A stretch of DNA of 64,000 nt, taken from Eledone cirrhosa (Eukaryota). Below the pieces are notes generated by a model. It was not told the origin of the DNA. It did no database searches and was given only the letters and a program-made list of their open reading frames with translations. The stretch lies in the NCBI GenBank assembly GCA_964016885.1, contig OZ024744.1, positions 129,518,001 to 129,582,000 of the forward strand, in the 5' to 3' direction. Of the stretch, positions 1 through 13,090 are shown piece after piece; the first letter of the stretch is position 1, and each line of letters begins with the position of its first letter. The position numbers and the translations under genes were made by a program.

Positions 1-869
1 TTAAGTTAAGTTGGGGTTGAGTTAAGTTGGAGTTAAGTTAAGTTGGGGTTATGTTAAGTTGGGGTTAAGTTAAGTTGGGGTTAAGTTAAGTTGGGGTTAA
101 TTTAAGTTGGGGTTAATTTAAGTTGGGTCTAATTAAGTTGGGGTTAAGTTAAGTTGGGGTTAAGTTAAGTTGGGGTTAAGTTAAGTTGGGGTTAAGTTAA
201 GTTGGGTTTACGTTAAGTTGGGGGTAAGTTAAGTTGGTGGTAAGTTAAGTTGGGGGATAGTTAAGATGGGGTTAAGTTAAGTTGGGGTTAATTTAATTTG
301 GGGTTAAGTTAAGTTAGGGTTAAGTTAAGTTGGGGTTGAGTTAAGTCGGGGTTCAGTTAAGTTGGGGTTATGTTATGTTGGGGTTAAGTTAAGTTGGGGT
401 TAAGTTAAGTTGGGGTTCAATTAAGTTGCGGGTAATTTAAGTTGGGGTTAAGTTAAGTTGGGGGTACGTTAAGTTGGGGGTAAGTTAAGTTGGGGTTAAG
501 TTAAGTTGGGGTTAAGTTAAGTCGGGGTTAATTTAAGTTGCGGTTAAGTTAAGTTGGGGTTAAGTTAAGTTGGGGTTAAGTTAAGTTGGGATTAAGTTAA
601 GTTGGGGTTAAGTTAAGTTGGGGTTGAGTTAAGTTGGGGTTAAGTTAGATTGTTGTTAAGTTATTTTGGGGTTAAGTTAAGTTGGGGTTAAGTTAAGTTG
701 GGGTTAATTTAAGTTGGGGTTAAGTTAAGTGGGGGTTAAGTTGAGTTGGGGTTAAGTTAAGTTGGGGTTAAGTTAAGTTGGGGTTAAGTTAAGTTGGGGT
801 TAAGATAAGTTGGGGTTAAGTTAAGTTGGGGTTGAGTTAAGTTCGGGTTGAGTTAATTTGGGGTTAACT

Positions 870-3800
870 TAAGTTGGGGTTAACTTAAGTTGGGATTAAG
901 TTAAGTTGGGGTTAAGTTAAGTTGGGGTTAAATTAAGTCCGGGTTAAGTTAAGTTGGGGTTAAGTTAAGTTGGGGTTAAGTTAAGTTGGGGTTAAGTTAA
1001 GTTGGGGTTAAGTTAGGTTGGGGTTAAGTTATGTTGGGGGTAAGTTAAGTTGGGGGTAAGTTAAGTTGGGGGTAAGTTAAGTTGGGTCTAATTAAGTTGG
1101 GGTTAAGTTAAGTTGGGGTTAAGTTAAGTTGGGGTTAAGTTAAGTTGGGGTTAAGTTAAGTTGGGGTTAGGTTAAGTTGGGGCTAAGTTAAGTTGGGGTT
1201 AAGTTAAGTTGGGGTTACGTTAAGTTGGGGGTAAGTTAAGTTGGTGGTAAGTTAAGTTGGGGGTAAGTTAAGATGGGGTTAAGTTAAGTTGGGGTTAATT
1301 TAATTTGTGGTTAAGTTAAGTTGGGGTTAAGTTAAGTTGGGGTTAAGTTAAGTTGGAGTTAAGTTAAGTTGGGGGTAAGTCAAGTTGAGGTTATGTTAAG
1401 TTGGGGTTAAGATAAGTTGGGGTTAAGTTAAGTTGGGGTTGAGCTAAGTTGGGGTTGAGTTAATTTGGGGTTAAGTTAAGTTGGGGTTAAGTTAAGTTGG
1501 GTTTAAGTTAAGTTGGGGTTAAGTTAAGTTGGGGTTAAATTAAGTTGGGGTTAAGCTAAGTTGGGGTTAAGTTAAATTGAGGTTAAGTTAAGTTGGGGTT
1601 AATTTAAGTTGGGGTTAAGCTAAGTTGGGGTTAAGTTAAATTGAGGTTAAGTTAAGTTGGGGTTAAGTTCAGTTGGGGTTAATTTAAGTTGGGGCTAAGT
1701 AAAGTTGGGGCTAAGTGAAGTGGGGGTTAAGTTAAGTTAGGGTTGAGTTAAGTTGGGGTTAAGTTAATTTTGTGTTAAGTTAAGTTGGGTTTGAGTTAAG
1801 TTGGGGTTAATTAAGTTGGGGTTAAGTTAAGTTGGGGTTAAGTTAAGTTGGGGTTAAGTTAAGTTGGGGTTAAGTTAAGTTGCGGTTAAGTTAAGTTGAG
1901 GTTAAGTTAAGTTGGGGTTAAGTGAAGTTGCGGTTAAGTTAAGTTGGGGCTAAGTTAAGTTGGGGCTAAGTTAAGTTGGGGCTTAGTTAAGTTGGGGTTA
2001 AGTTAAGTTGGGGTTAAGTTAAGGTGGGGTTTAGTTAAGTTGGGGTCAACTAAAGTTGGGGTTAAGTTAAGTTGGGGTTCACTTAAGTTGGGGTTAAGTT
2101 AAGTTGGGGTTAAGTTAAGTTGGGGTTTATTTAAGTTGGGGTTCAGTTAATTTGGGGTTAAGTTAAGTTTGGGTTTAGTTGGGTTTAAATTAAGTTGGGG
2201 TTAAGTTAAGTTGGGGTTAAGTTACGTTGGGGTTAATTTAAGTTGGGGTTAAGTTAAGTTGCGGGTAATTTAAGTTGGGGTTAAGTTAGGTTGGGGTTAA
2301 GTTAAGTTGGGGTTAAGTTAAGTTGGGGGTAAGTTAAGTTGGGGGTAAGTTAAGTTGGGGTTAAGTTAAGTTGGGGTTTAGTTAAGTTGGGGTTAAGTTA
2401 AGTTAGGGTTAAGTTAAGTTGGGGTTGAGTTAAGTTGGGGTTAAGTTAAGTTGGGGTTATGTTAAGTTGGGGTTAAGTTAAATTGGGGTTAATTTAACTT
2501 TGTGGTTAAGTTAAGTTGGGGTTAATTTAAGTTGGGGTTAAATTAAGTTGGAGTTAAGTTAAGTTGGGGTTAAGTTAAGTTGGGGTTAATTTAAGTTGCG
2601 GTTGAGTTAAGTTGAGGTTAAATTAAGTTGGGGTTAAGTTAAGTTGGGGTTAAGTTAAGTTGGGGCTAAGTTAAGTTGGGGCTAAGTTAAGTTGGGGCTT
2701 AGTTAAGTTGGGGTTAAGTTAAGTTGGGGTTAAGTTAAGGTGGGGTTTAGTTAAGTTGGGGTCAACTAAAGTTGGGGTTAAGTTAAGTTGGGGTTTATTT
2801 AAGTTGGGGTTCAGTTAATTTGGGGTTAAGTTAAGTTTGGGTTAAGTTGGGGTTAAATTAAGTTGGGGTTAAGTTAAGTTGGGGTTAAGTTAAGTTGGGG
2901 TTAAGTTAAGTTGGGGTTAAGTTAAGTTGGGGTTAAGTTAAGTTGGGGGTAAGTTAAGTTGGGGGTAAGTTAAGTTGGTGTTAAGTTAAGTTGGGGTTAA
3001 TTTAAGTTGGGGTTAAGTTAAGTTGGGTTTAAGTTAAGTTGGGGCTAAGTTAAGTTGGAGTTAAGTAAAGTTAGGGCTAAGTTAAGTTGGGGTTAAGTTA
3101 AGTTGGGGTTAATTTAAGTTGGGGTTACATTAAGATGAGGTTAAGTTAAGTTGGTGTTAAGTTAAGTTGGGGTTAATTTAAGTTAAGTTGGGGTTAAGTT
3201 AAGTTGGGGTTAAGTTAAGTTGGGGTTAATTTCAGTTGGGGTTGAGTTAAGTTGGGGTTAAGTTTAGTTGGGGTTAAGTTAAGTTGGGGTTGAGTTAAGT
3301 TGGGGTTAAGTTAAGTTGGGGCTAAGTTAAGTTCGGGTTAAGTTAAGTTGGTGTTAAGTTAAGTTGGGGTTAAGTTAAGTTGGGGCTAAGTTAAGTTGGG
3401 TCTAAGTTAAGTTGGGGTTAAGTTAAGTTAGGGGTAAGTTAAGTTAGGGTTAATTTAAGTTGGGGTTATGTTAAGTTGGGGTTAAGTTAAGTTGGGGTTA
3501 AGTTAGGTTGGTGTTAAGTTAAGTTGGGGGTAAGTTAAGTTGGGGGTAAGTTAAGTTGGTGTTAAGTTAAGTTGGGGTTAAGTTAAGTTGGGGTTAAGTT
3601 AAGTGGTGGTTATGTTAAGTGGTGGTTAAGTTAAGTTGGGGTTAAGTTAAGTTGCGGTTAAGTTAAGTTGGCGTTAAGTTAAGTTGGGGTTAAGTTAAGT
3701 TGGGGTTAAGTTAGATTGTTGTTAAGTTAAGTTGGGGTTAAGTTAAGTTGGGGTTAATTTAAGTTGGGGTTAAGTTAAGTCGGGGTTAAGTTGAGTTGGG

Positions 3801-6800
3801 GTTAGGTTAAGTTGGGGTTAAGCTAAGTTGGGGTTAAGTTAAGTTGGGGTTAAGATAAGTTGGGGTTAAGTTAAGTTGGGGTTGAGTTAATTTGGGGTTA
3901 ACTTAAGTTGGGGTTAAATTAAGTTCGGGTTAAGTTAAGTTGGGGTTAAGTTAAGTTGGGGTTAAGTTAGGTTGGGGTTAAGTTATGTTGGGGGTAAGTT
4001 AAGTTGGGGGTAAGTTAAGTTGGGGGTAAGTTAAGTTGGGTCTAATTAAGTTGGGGTTAAGTTAAGTTGGGGTTAAGTTAAGTTGGGGTTAAGTTAAGTT
4101 GGGGTTAAGTTAAGTTGGGGTTAGGTTAAGTTGGGGCTAAGTTAAGTTGGGGTTAAGTTAAGTTGGGGTTACGTTAAGTTGGGGGTAAGTTAAGTTGGTG
4201 GTAAGTTAAGTTGGGGGTAAGTTAAGATGGGGTTAAGTTAAGTTGGGGTTAATTTAATTTTGGGTTAAGTTAAGTTGGGGTTAAGTTAAGTTGGGGTTAA
4301 GTTAGGTTGGGGTTAAGTTAAGTTGGGGGTAAGTTAAGTTGGGGGTAAGTTCAGTTGGGGTTAAGTTAAGTTGGGGTTGAGTTAAGTTGGGGCTAAGTTA
4401 AGTTAGGGTTATGTTAAGTTGGGGTTAAGTTAAGTTGGGGTTGAGTTAATTTGGGGTTAACTTAATTTGGGGTTAACTTAAGTCGGGGTTAAATTAAGTC
4501 CGGGTTAAGTTAAGTTGGGGTTAAGTTAAGTTGGGGTTAAGTTAAGTTGGGGTTAAGTTAAGTTGGGGTTAAGTTAGGTTGGGGTTAAGTTATGTTGGGG
4601 GTAAGTTAAGTTGGGGGTAAGTTAAGTTGGGGCTAAGTTAAGTTGGGTCTAATTAAGTTGGGGTTAAGTTAAGTTGGGGTTAAGTTAAGTTGGGGTTAAG
4701 TTAAGTTGTGGTTAAGTTAAGTTGGGGTTAGGTTAAGTTGGGGCTAAGTTAAGTTGGGGTTAAGTTAAGTTGGGGTTACGTTAAGTTGGGGGTAAGTTAA
4801 GTTGGTGGTAAGTTAAGTTGGGGGTAAGTTAAGATGGGGTTAAGTTAAGTTGGGGTTAATTTAATTTGGGGTTAAGTTAAGTTGGGGTTAAGTTAAGTTG
4901 GGGTTAAGTTAAGTTGGAGTTAAGTTAAGTTGGGGGTAAGTTAAGTTGGGGTTAAGTTAAGTTGGGGTTAAGATAAGTTTGGGTTAAGTTAAGTTGGGGT
5001 TGAGCTAAGTTGGGGTTGAGTTAATTTGGGGTTAAGTTAAGTTGGGGTTAAGTTAAGTTGGGTTTAAGTTAAGTTGGGGTTAAGTTAAGTTGGGGTTAAA
5101 TTAAGTTGGGGTTAAGCTAAGTTGGGGTTAAGTTAAATTGAGGTTAAGTTAAGTTGGGGTTAATTTAAGTTGGGGTTAAGCTAAGTTGGGGTTAAGTTAA
5201 ATTGAGGTTAAGTTAAGTTGGGGTTAAGTTCAGTTGGGGTTAATTTAAGTTGGGGCTAAGTAAAGTTGGGGCTAAGTGAAGTGGGGGTTAAGTTAAGTTA
5301 GGGTTGAGTTAAGTTGGGGTTAAGTTAATTTTGTGTTAAGTTAAGTTGGGTTTGAGTTAAGTTGGGGTTAATTAAGTTGGGGTTAAGTTAAGTTGGGGTT
5401 AAGTTAAGTTGCGGTTAAGTTAAGTTGAGGTTAAGTTAAGTTGGGGCTAAGTTAAGTTGGGGCTAAGTTAAGTTGGGGCTTAGTTAAGTTGGGGTTAACT
5501 TAAGTTGGGGTTAAGTTAAGGTGGGGTTTAGTTAAGTTGGGGTCAACTAAAGTTGGGGTTAAGTTAAGTTGGGGTTCACTTAAGTTGGGGGTAAGTTAAG
5601 TTGGGGTTAAGTTAAGTTGGGGTTTATTTAAGTTGGGGTTCAGTTAATTTGGGGTTAAGTTAAGTTTGGGTTTAGTTGGGGTTAAATTAAGTTGGGATTA
5701 AGTTAAGCTGGGGTTAAGTTACGTTGGGGTTAATTTAAGTAGGGGTTAAGTTAAGTTGCGGGTAATTTAAGTTGGGGTTAAGTTAAGTTGGGGTTAAGTT
5801 AAGTTGGGGTTAAGTTAAGTTGGGGGTAAGTTAAGTTGGGGGTAAGTTAAGTTGGGGGTAAGTTAAGTTGGGGTTAAGTTAAGTTGGGGTTAAGTTAAGT
5901 TGGGGTTAAGTTAAGTTAGGGTTAAGTTAAGTTGGGGTTGAGTTAAGTTGGGGTTAAGTTAAGTTGGGGTTATGTTAAGTTGGGGTTAAGTTAAATTGGG
6001 GTTAATTTAACTTTGTGGTTAAGTTAAGTTGGGGTTAATTTAAGTTGGGGTTAAGTTAAGTTGGAGTTAAGTTAAGTTGGGGTTAAGTTAAGTTGGGGTT
6101 AATTTAAGTTGCGGTTAAGTTAAGTTGAGGTTAAGTTAAGTTGGGGTTAAGTTAAGTTGGGGTTAAGTTAAGTTGGGGCTAAGTTAAGTTGGGGCTTAGT
6201 TAAGTTGGGGTTAAGTTAAGTTGGGGTTAAGTTAAGGTGGGGTTTAGTTAAGTTGGGGTCAACTAAAGTTGGGGTTAAGTTAAGTTGGGGTTTATTTAAG
6301 TTGGGGTTCAGTTAATTTGGGGTTAAGTTAAGTTTGGGTTAAGTTGGGGTTAAATTAAGTTGGGGTTAAGAATAAGTTGGGGTTAAGTTAAGTTGGGGTT
6401 AAGTTAAGTTGGGGTTAAGTTAAGTTGGGGTTAAGTTAAGTTGGGGGTAAGTTAAGTTGGGGGTAAGTTAAGTTGGTGTTAAGTTAAGTTGGGGTTAAGT
6501 TAAGTTGGGGTTAAGTTAAGTTGGGTTTAAGTTAAGTTGGGGCTGAGTTAAGTTAGGGCTAAGTTAAGTTGGAGATAAGTAAAGTTAGGGCTAAGTTAAG
6601 TTGGGGTTAAGTTAAGTTGGGGTTAATTTAAGTTGGGGTTACATTAAGATGAGGTTAAGTTAAGTTGGTGTTAAGTTAAGTTGGGGTTAATTTAATTTAA
6701 GTTGGGGTTAAGTTAAGTTGGGGTTAAGTTAAGTTGGGGTTAATTTCAGTTGGGGTTGAGTTAAGTTGGGGTTAAGTTTAGTTGGGGTTAAGTTAAGTTG

Positions 6801-7100
6801 GGGTTGAGTTAAGTTGGGGTTAAGTTAAGTTGGGGCTAAGTTAAGTTCGGGTTAAATTAAGTTGGTGTTAAGTTAAGTTGGGGTTAAGTTAAGTTGGGGC
6901 TAAGTTAAGTTGGGTCTAAGTTAAGTTGGGGTTAAGTTAAGTTGGGGTTAAGTTAAGTTAGGGTTAATTTAAGTTGGGGTTATGTTAAGTTGGGGTTAAG
7001 TTAAGTTGGGGTTAAGTTAGGTTGGTGTTAAGTTAAGTTGGGGGTAAGTTAAGTTGGGGGTAAGTTAAGTTGGTGTTAAGTTAAGTTGGGGTTAAGTTAA
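870..7100 (+). repeat. Two related ~3.5-kb higher-order units (about 870-3600 and 4440-7100)
   Basis: The rare variant AAGTCCGGG (CC at 939 and 4500) is offset by 3561. ACATTAAGATGAGG at 3127 and 6641 is offset by 3514. CAACTAAAG pairs at 2047/2763 and 5544/6260 are each 716 bp apart. Confidence 0.8.
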
Positions 7101-7199
7101 GTTGGGGTTAAGTTAAGTTGGGTTTAAGTTAAGTTGGGGCTAAGTTAAGTTAGGGCTAAGTTAAGTTGGGGCTGAGTTAAGTTGTGGTTAAATTAAGTT

Positions 7200-10100
7200 G
7201 GGGTTAAGTTAAGTTGGGGGTAAGATAAGTTGGGGTTAGTTAAGTTGCGGTTAAGTTAAGTTGGGGTAAAGTTAAGTTGGGGTTAAGTTGAGTTGGGGTA
7301 AAGTTAAGTTGGGGTTAAGTTAAGTTGGGGTTAATTTAAGTTGGGGTTAAGTTAAGTTGCGGTTAAGTTAAGTTGGGGTTAAGTTAAGTTCGCGTTAAGT
7401 TAAGTTGGGGTTAAGTTAAGTTGGGATTAAGTTAAGTTGGGGTTAAGTTAAGTTGGGGTTAAGTTCAGTCGGGGTTAAGTTAAGTTGCGGTTAAGTTAAG
7501 TTGGGGTTAAGTTAAGTTGGGGTTAAGTTAATTAGGGTTAAGTTAAGTTGGGGTTAAGTTAAGTTGGGGTTAAGTTAAGTTGCGGTTAAGTTAAGTTCGC
7601 GTTAAGTTAAGTTGGGGTTAAGTTAAGTTGGGATTAAGTTAAGTTGGGGTTAAGTTAAGTTGGGGTTAAGTTAAGTTGGGGTTAAGTTAGATTGTTGTTG
7701 AGTTAAGTTGGGGTTAATTTAAGTTGGGGTTAAGTTAAGTCGGGGTTAAGTTGAGTTGGGGTTAGGTTAAGTTGGGGTTAAGTTAAGTTGGGGTTAAGTT
7801 AAGTTGGGGTTAAGATAAGTTGGGGTTAAGTTAAGTTGGGGTTGAGTTAATTTGGGGTTAACTTAAGTTGGGGTTAACTTAAGTCGGGATTAAGTTAAGT
7901 GGGGGTTAAATTAAGTTCGGGTTAAGTTAAGTTGGGGTTAAGTTAAGTTGGGGTTAAGTTAGGTTGGGGCTAAGTTAAGTTGGGGGTAAGTTAAGTTGGG
8001 GGTAAGTTCAGTTGGGGTTAAGTTAAGTTGGGGTTGAGTTAAGTTGGGGCTAAGTTAAGTTAGGGTTATGTTAAGTTGGGGTTAATTTAAGTTGGGGTTA
8101 AGTTAAGTTGGGGTTCAATTAAGTTGCGGTTAATTTAAGTTGGGGTTAAGTTAAGTTGGGGTTAAGTTAAGTTGGGGTTAAGTTAAGTTGGGGTTAAGTT
8201 AAGTTGGGGTTAAGTTAAGTTGGGGTTAAGTTAAGTTGGGGTTAAATTAAGTTGGGGTTAAGTTAAGTTGTGGTTAAGTTAAGTTGGGGTTAAGTTAAGT
8301 AGGGGTTAAGTTAAGTTGGGGTTAAGTTAAGTTGGGGTTAAGTTAAGTTGGGGTTAAGTTAATTTGTGGTTAAGTTAAGTTGGGGTTAAGTTAAGTTGGG
8401 GTTAAGTTCAGTCGGGGTTAAGTTAAGTCGGGGTTAAGTTAAGTTGGGGTTGAGTTAAGTTGGGGTTAAGTTAAGTTGGGGTTAAGATAAGTTGGGGTTA
8501 AGTTAAGTTGGGGTTGAGTTAAGTTGGGGTTAATTTAAGTTGGGGCTAAGTAAAGTTGGGGCTAAGTGAAGTGGGGGTTAAGTTAAGTTAGGGTTGAGTT
8601 AAGTTGGGGTTAAGTTAATTTTGTGTTAAGTTAAGTTGGGGTTGAGCTAAGTTGGGGTTGAGTTAATTTGGGGTTAAGTTAAGTTGGGGTTAAATTAAGT
8701 TGGGGTTAAGCTAAGTTGGGGTTAAGTTAAATTGAGGTTAAGTTAAGTTGGGGTTAAGTTCAGTTGGGGTTAATTTAAGTTGGGGCTAAGTAAAGTTGGG
8801 GCTAAGTGAAGTGGGGGTTAAGTTAAGTTAGGGTTGAGTTAAGTTGGGGTTAAGTTAATTTTGTGTTAAGTTAAGTTGGGTTTGAGTTAAGTTGGGGTTA
8901 ATTAAGTTGGGGTTAAGTTAAGTTGGGGTTAAGTTAAGTTGGGGTTAAGTTAAGTTGGGGTTAAGTGAAGTTGCGGTTAAGTTAAGTTGAGGTTAAGTTA
9001 AGTTGGGGCTAAGTTAAGTTGGGGCTAAGTTAAGTTGGGGCTTAGTTAAGTTGGGGTTAAGTTAAGTTGGGGTTAAGTTAAGGTGGGGTTTAGTTAAGTT
9101 GGGGTCAACTAAAGTTGGGGTTAAGTTAAGTTGGGGTTCACTTAAGTTGGGGGTAAGTTAAGTTGGGGTTAAGTTAAGTTGGGGTTTATTTAAGTTGGGG
9201 TTCAGTTAATTTGGGGTTAAGTTAAGTTTGGGTTTAGTTGGGGTTAAATTAAGTTGGGGTTAAGTTAAGCTGGGGTTAAGTTACGTTGGGGTTAATTTAA
9301 GTAGGGGTTAAGTTAAGTTGCGGGTAATTTAAGTTGGGGTTAAGTTAAGTTGGGGTTAAGTTAAGTTGGGGTTAAGTTAAGTTGGGGGTAAGTTAAGTTG
9401 GGGGTAAGTTAAGTTGGGGGTAAGTTAAGTTGGGGTTAAGTTAAGTTGGGGTTAAGTTAAGTTGGGGTTAAGTTAAGTTAGGGTTAAGTTAAGTTGGGGT
9501 TGAGTTAAGTTGGGGTTAAGTTAAGTTGGGGTTATGTTAAGTTGGGGTTAAGTTAAATTGGGGTTAATTTAACTTTGTGGTTAAGTTAAGTTGGGGTTAA
9601 TTTAAGTTGGGGTTAAGTTAAGTTGGAGTTAAGTTAAGTTGGGGTTAAGTTAAGTTGGGGTTAATTTAAGTTGCGGTTAAGTTAAGTTGAGGTTAAGTTA
9701 AGTTGGGGTTAAGTTAAGTTGGGGTTAAGTTAAGTTGGGGCTAAGTTAAGTTGGGGCTTAGTTAAGTTGGGGTTAAGTTAAGTTGGGGTTAAGTTAAGGT
9801 GGGGTTTAGTTAAGTTGGGGTCAACTAAAGTTGGGGTTAAGTTAAGTTGGGGTTTATTTAAGTTGGGGTTCAGTTAATTTGGGGTTAAGTTAAGTTTGGG
9901 TTAAGTTGGGGTTAAATTAAGTTGGGGTTAAGTTAAGTTGGGGTTAAGTTGGGGTTAAGTTAAGTTGGGGTTAAGTTAAGTTGGGGTTAAGTTAAGTTGG
10001 GGGTAAGTTAAGTTGGGGGTAAGTTAAGTTGGTGTTAAGTTAAGTTGTGGTTAAGTTAAGTTGGGGTTAAGTTAAGTTGGGTTTAAGTTAAGTTGGGGCT

Positions 10101-13090
10101 GAGTTAAGTTAGGGCTAAGTTAAGTTGGAGATAAGTAAAGTTAGGGCTAAGTTAAGTTGGGGTTAAGTTAAGTTGGGGTTAATTTAAGTTGGGGTTACAT
10201 TAAGATGAGGTTAAGTTAAGTTGGTGTTAAGTTAAGTTGGGGTTAATTTAATTTAAGTTGGGGTTAAGTTAAGTTGGGGTTAAGTTAAGTTGGGTCTAAG
10301 TTAAGTTGGGGTTAAGATAAGTTGGGGTTAATTTCAGTTGGGGTTGAGTTAAGTTGGGGTTAAGTTTAGTTGGGGTTAAGTTAAGTTGGGGTTGAGTTAA
10401 GTTGGGGTTAAGTTAAGTTGGGGCTAAGTTAAGTTCGGGTTAAATTAAGTTGGTGTTAAGTTAAGTTGGGGTTAAGTTAAGTTGGGGCTAAGTTAAGTTG
10501 GGTCTAAGTTAAGTTGGGGTTAAGTTAAGTTGGGGTTAAGTTAAGTTAGGGTTAATTTAAGTTGGGGTTATGTTAAGTTGGGGTTAAGTTAAGTTGGGGT
10601 TAAGTTAGGTTGGTGTTAAGTTAAGTTGGGGGTAAGTTAAGTTGGGGGTAAGTTAAGTTGGTGTTAAGTTAAGTTGGGGTTAAGTTAAGTTGGGGTTAAG
10701 TTAAGTTGGGTTTAAGTTAAGTTGGGGCTAAGTTAAGTTAGGGCTAAGTTAAGTTGGGGCTGAGTTAAGTTGGGGTTAAATTAAGTTGGGGTTAAGTTAA
10801 GTTGGGGGTAAGATAAGTTGGGGTTAGTTAAGTTGCGGTTAAGTTAAGTTGGGGTAAAGTTAAGTTGGGGTTAAGTTGAGTTGGGGTAAAGTTAAGTTGG
10901 GGTTAAGTTAAGTTGGGGTTAATTTAAGTTGGGGTTAAGTTAAGTTGCGGTTAAGTTAAGTTGGGGTTAAGTTAAGTTCGCGTTAAGTTAAGTTGGGGTT
11001 AAGTTAAGTTGGGATTAAGTTAAGTTGGGGTTAAGTTAAGTTGGGGTTAAGTTCAGTCGGGGTTAAGTTAAGTTGCGGTTAAGTTAAGTTGGGGTTAAGT
11101 TAAGTTGGGGTTAAGTTAATTAGGGTTAAGTTAAGTTGGGGTTAAGTTAAGTTGGGGTTAAGTTAAGTTGCGGTTAAGTTAAGTTCGCGTTAAGTTAAGT
11201 TGGGGTTAAGTTAAGTTGGGATTAAGTTAAGTTGGGGTTAAGTTAAGTTGGGGTTAAGTTAAGTTGGGGTTAAGTTAGATTGTTGTTGAGTTAAGTTGGG
11301 GTTAATTTAAGTTGGGGTTAAGTTAAGTCGGGGTTAAGTTGAGTTGGGGTTAGGTTAAGTTGGGGTTAAGTTAAGGTGGGGTTTAGTTAAGTTGGGGTCA
11401 ACTAAAGTTGGGGTTAAGTTAAGTTGGGGTTCACTTAAGTTGGGGGTAAGTTAAGTTGGGGTTAAGTTAAGTTGGGGTTTATTTAAGTTGGGGTTCAGTT
11501 AATTTGGGGTTAAGTTAAGTTTGGGTTTAGTTGGGGTTAAATTAAGTTGGGGTTAAGTTAAGCTGGGGTTAAGTTACGTTGGGGTTAATTTAAGTAGGGG
11601 TTAAGTTAAGTTGCGGGTAATTTAAGTTGGGGTTAAGTTAAGTTGGGGTTAAGTTAAGTTGGGGTTAAGTTAAGTTGGGGGTAAGTTAAGTTGCGGGTAA
11701 GTTAAGTTGGGGGTAAGTTAAGTTGGGGTTAAGTTAAGTTGGGGTTAAGTTAAGTTGGGGTTAAGTTAAGTTAGGGTTAAGTTAAGTTGGGGTTCAGTTA
11801 AGTTGGGGTTAAGTTAAGTTGGGGTTATGTTAAGTTGGGGTTAAGTTAAATTGGGGTTAATTTAACTTTGTGGTTAAGTTAAGTTGGGGTTAATTTAAGT
11901 TGGGGTTAAGTTAAGTTGGAGTTAAGTTAAGTTGGGGTTAAGTTAAGTTGGGGTTAATTTAAGTTGCGGTTAAGTTAAGTTGAGGTTAAGTTAAGTTGGG
12001 GTTAAGTTAAGTTGGGGTTAAGTTAAGTTGGGGCTAAGTTAAGTTGGGGCTTAGTTAAGTTGGGGTTAAGTTAAGTTGGGGTTAAGTTAAGGTGGGGTTT
12101 AGTTAAGTTGGGGTCAACTAAAGTTGGGGTTAAGTTAAGTTGGCGTTTATTTAAGTTGGGGTTCAGTTAATTTGGGGTTAAGTTAAGTTTGGGTTAAGTT
12201 GGGGTTAAATTAAGTTGGGGTTAAGTTAAGTTGGGGTTAAGTTAAGTTGGGGTTAAGTTAAGTTGGGGTTAAGTTAAGTTGGGGTTAAGTTAAGTTGGGG
12301 GTAAGTTAAGTTGGGGGTAAGTTAAGTTGGTGTTAAGTTAAGTTGGGGTTAAGTTAAGTTGGGGTTAAGTTAAGTTGGGTTTAAGTTAAGTTGGGGCTGA
12401 GTTAAGTTAGGGCTAAGTTAAGTTGGAGATAAGTAAAGTTAGGGCTAAGTTAAGTTGGGGTTAAGTTAAGTTGGGGTTAATTTAAGTTGGGGTTACATTA
12501 AGATGAGGTTAAGTTAAGTTGGTGTTAAGTTAAGTTGGGGTTAATTTAATTTAAGTTGGGTTTAAGTTAAGTTGGGGTTAAGTTAAGTTGGGGTTAATTT
12601 CAGTTGGGGTTGAGTTAAGTTGGGGTTAAGTTTAGTTGGGGTTAAGTTAAGTTGGGGTTGAGTTAAGTTGGGGTTAAGTTAAGTTGGGGCTAAGTTAAGT
12701 TCGGGTTAAATTAAGTTGGTGTTAAGTTAAGTTGGGGTTAAGTTAAGTTGGGGCTAAGTTAAGTTGGGTCTAAGTTAAGTTGGGGTTAAGTTAAGTTGGG
12801 GTTAAGTTAAGTTAGGGTTAATTTAAGTTGGGGTTATGTTAAGTTGGGGTTAAGTTAAGTTGGGGTTAAGTTAGGTTGGTGTTAAGTTAAGTTGGGGGTA
12901 AGTTAAGTTGGGGGTAAGTTAAGTTGGTGTTAAGTTAAGTTGGGGTTAAGTTAAGTTGGGGTTAAGTTAAGTTGGGTTTAAGTTAAGTTGGGGCTAAGTT
13001 AAGTTAGGGCTAAGTTAAGTTGGGGCTGAGTTAAGTTGGGGTTAAATTAAGTTGGGGTTAAGTTAAGTTGGGGGTAAGATAAGTTGGGGT
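7200..13090 (+). repeat. Third, non-adjacent copy of the compound block duplicated at ~17.2-29.7 kb
   Basis: ACATTAAGATGAGG at 10197/12495 matches 19746/22043 (offsets 9549/9548). The block shares the junction ...TTAGGTTAAGTTGGGGTTAAGTTAAGGTGGGG at ~11373 with ~20921 and ~26748. Confidence 0.75.

Noticed and set aside
314-319. Canonical TTAGGG telomere tract
   Set aside because: TTAGGG appears only as an isolated single-base variant of TTGGGG and never in tandem.
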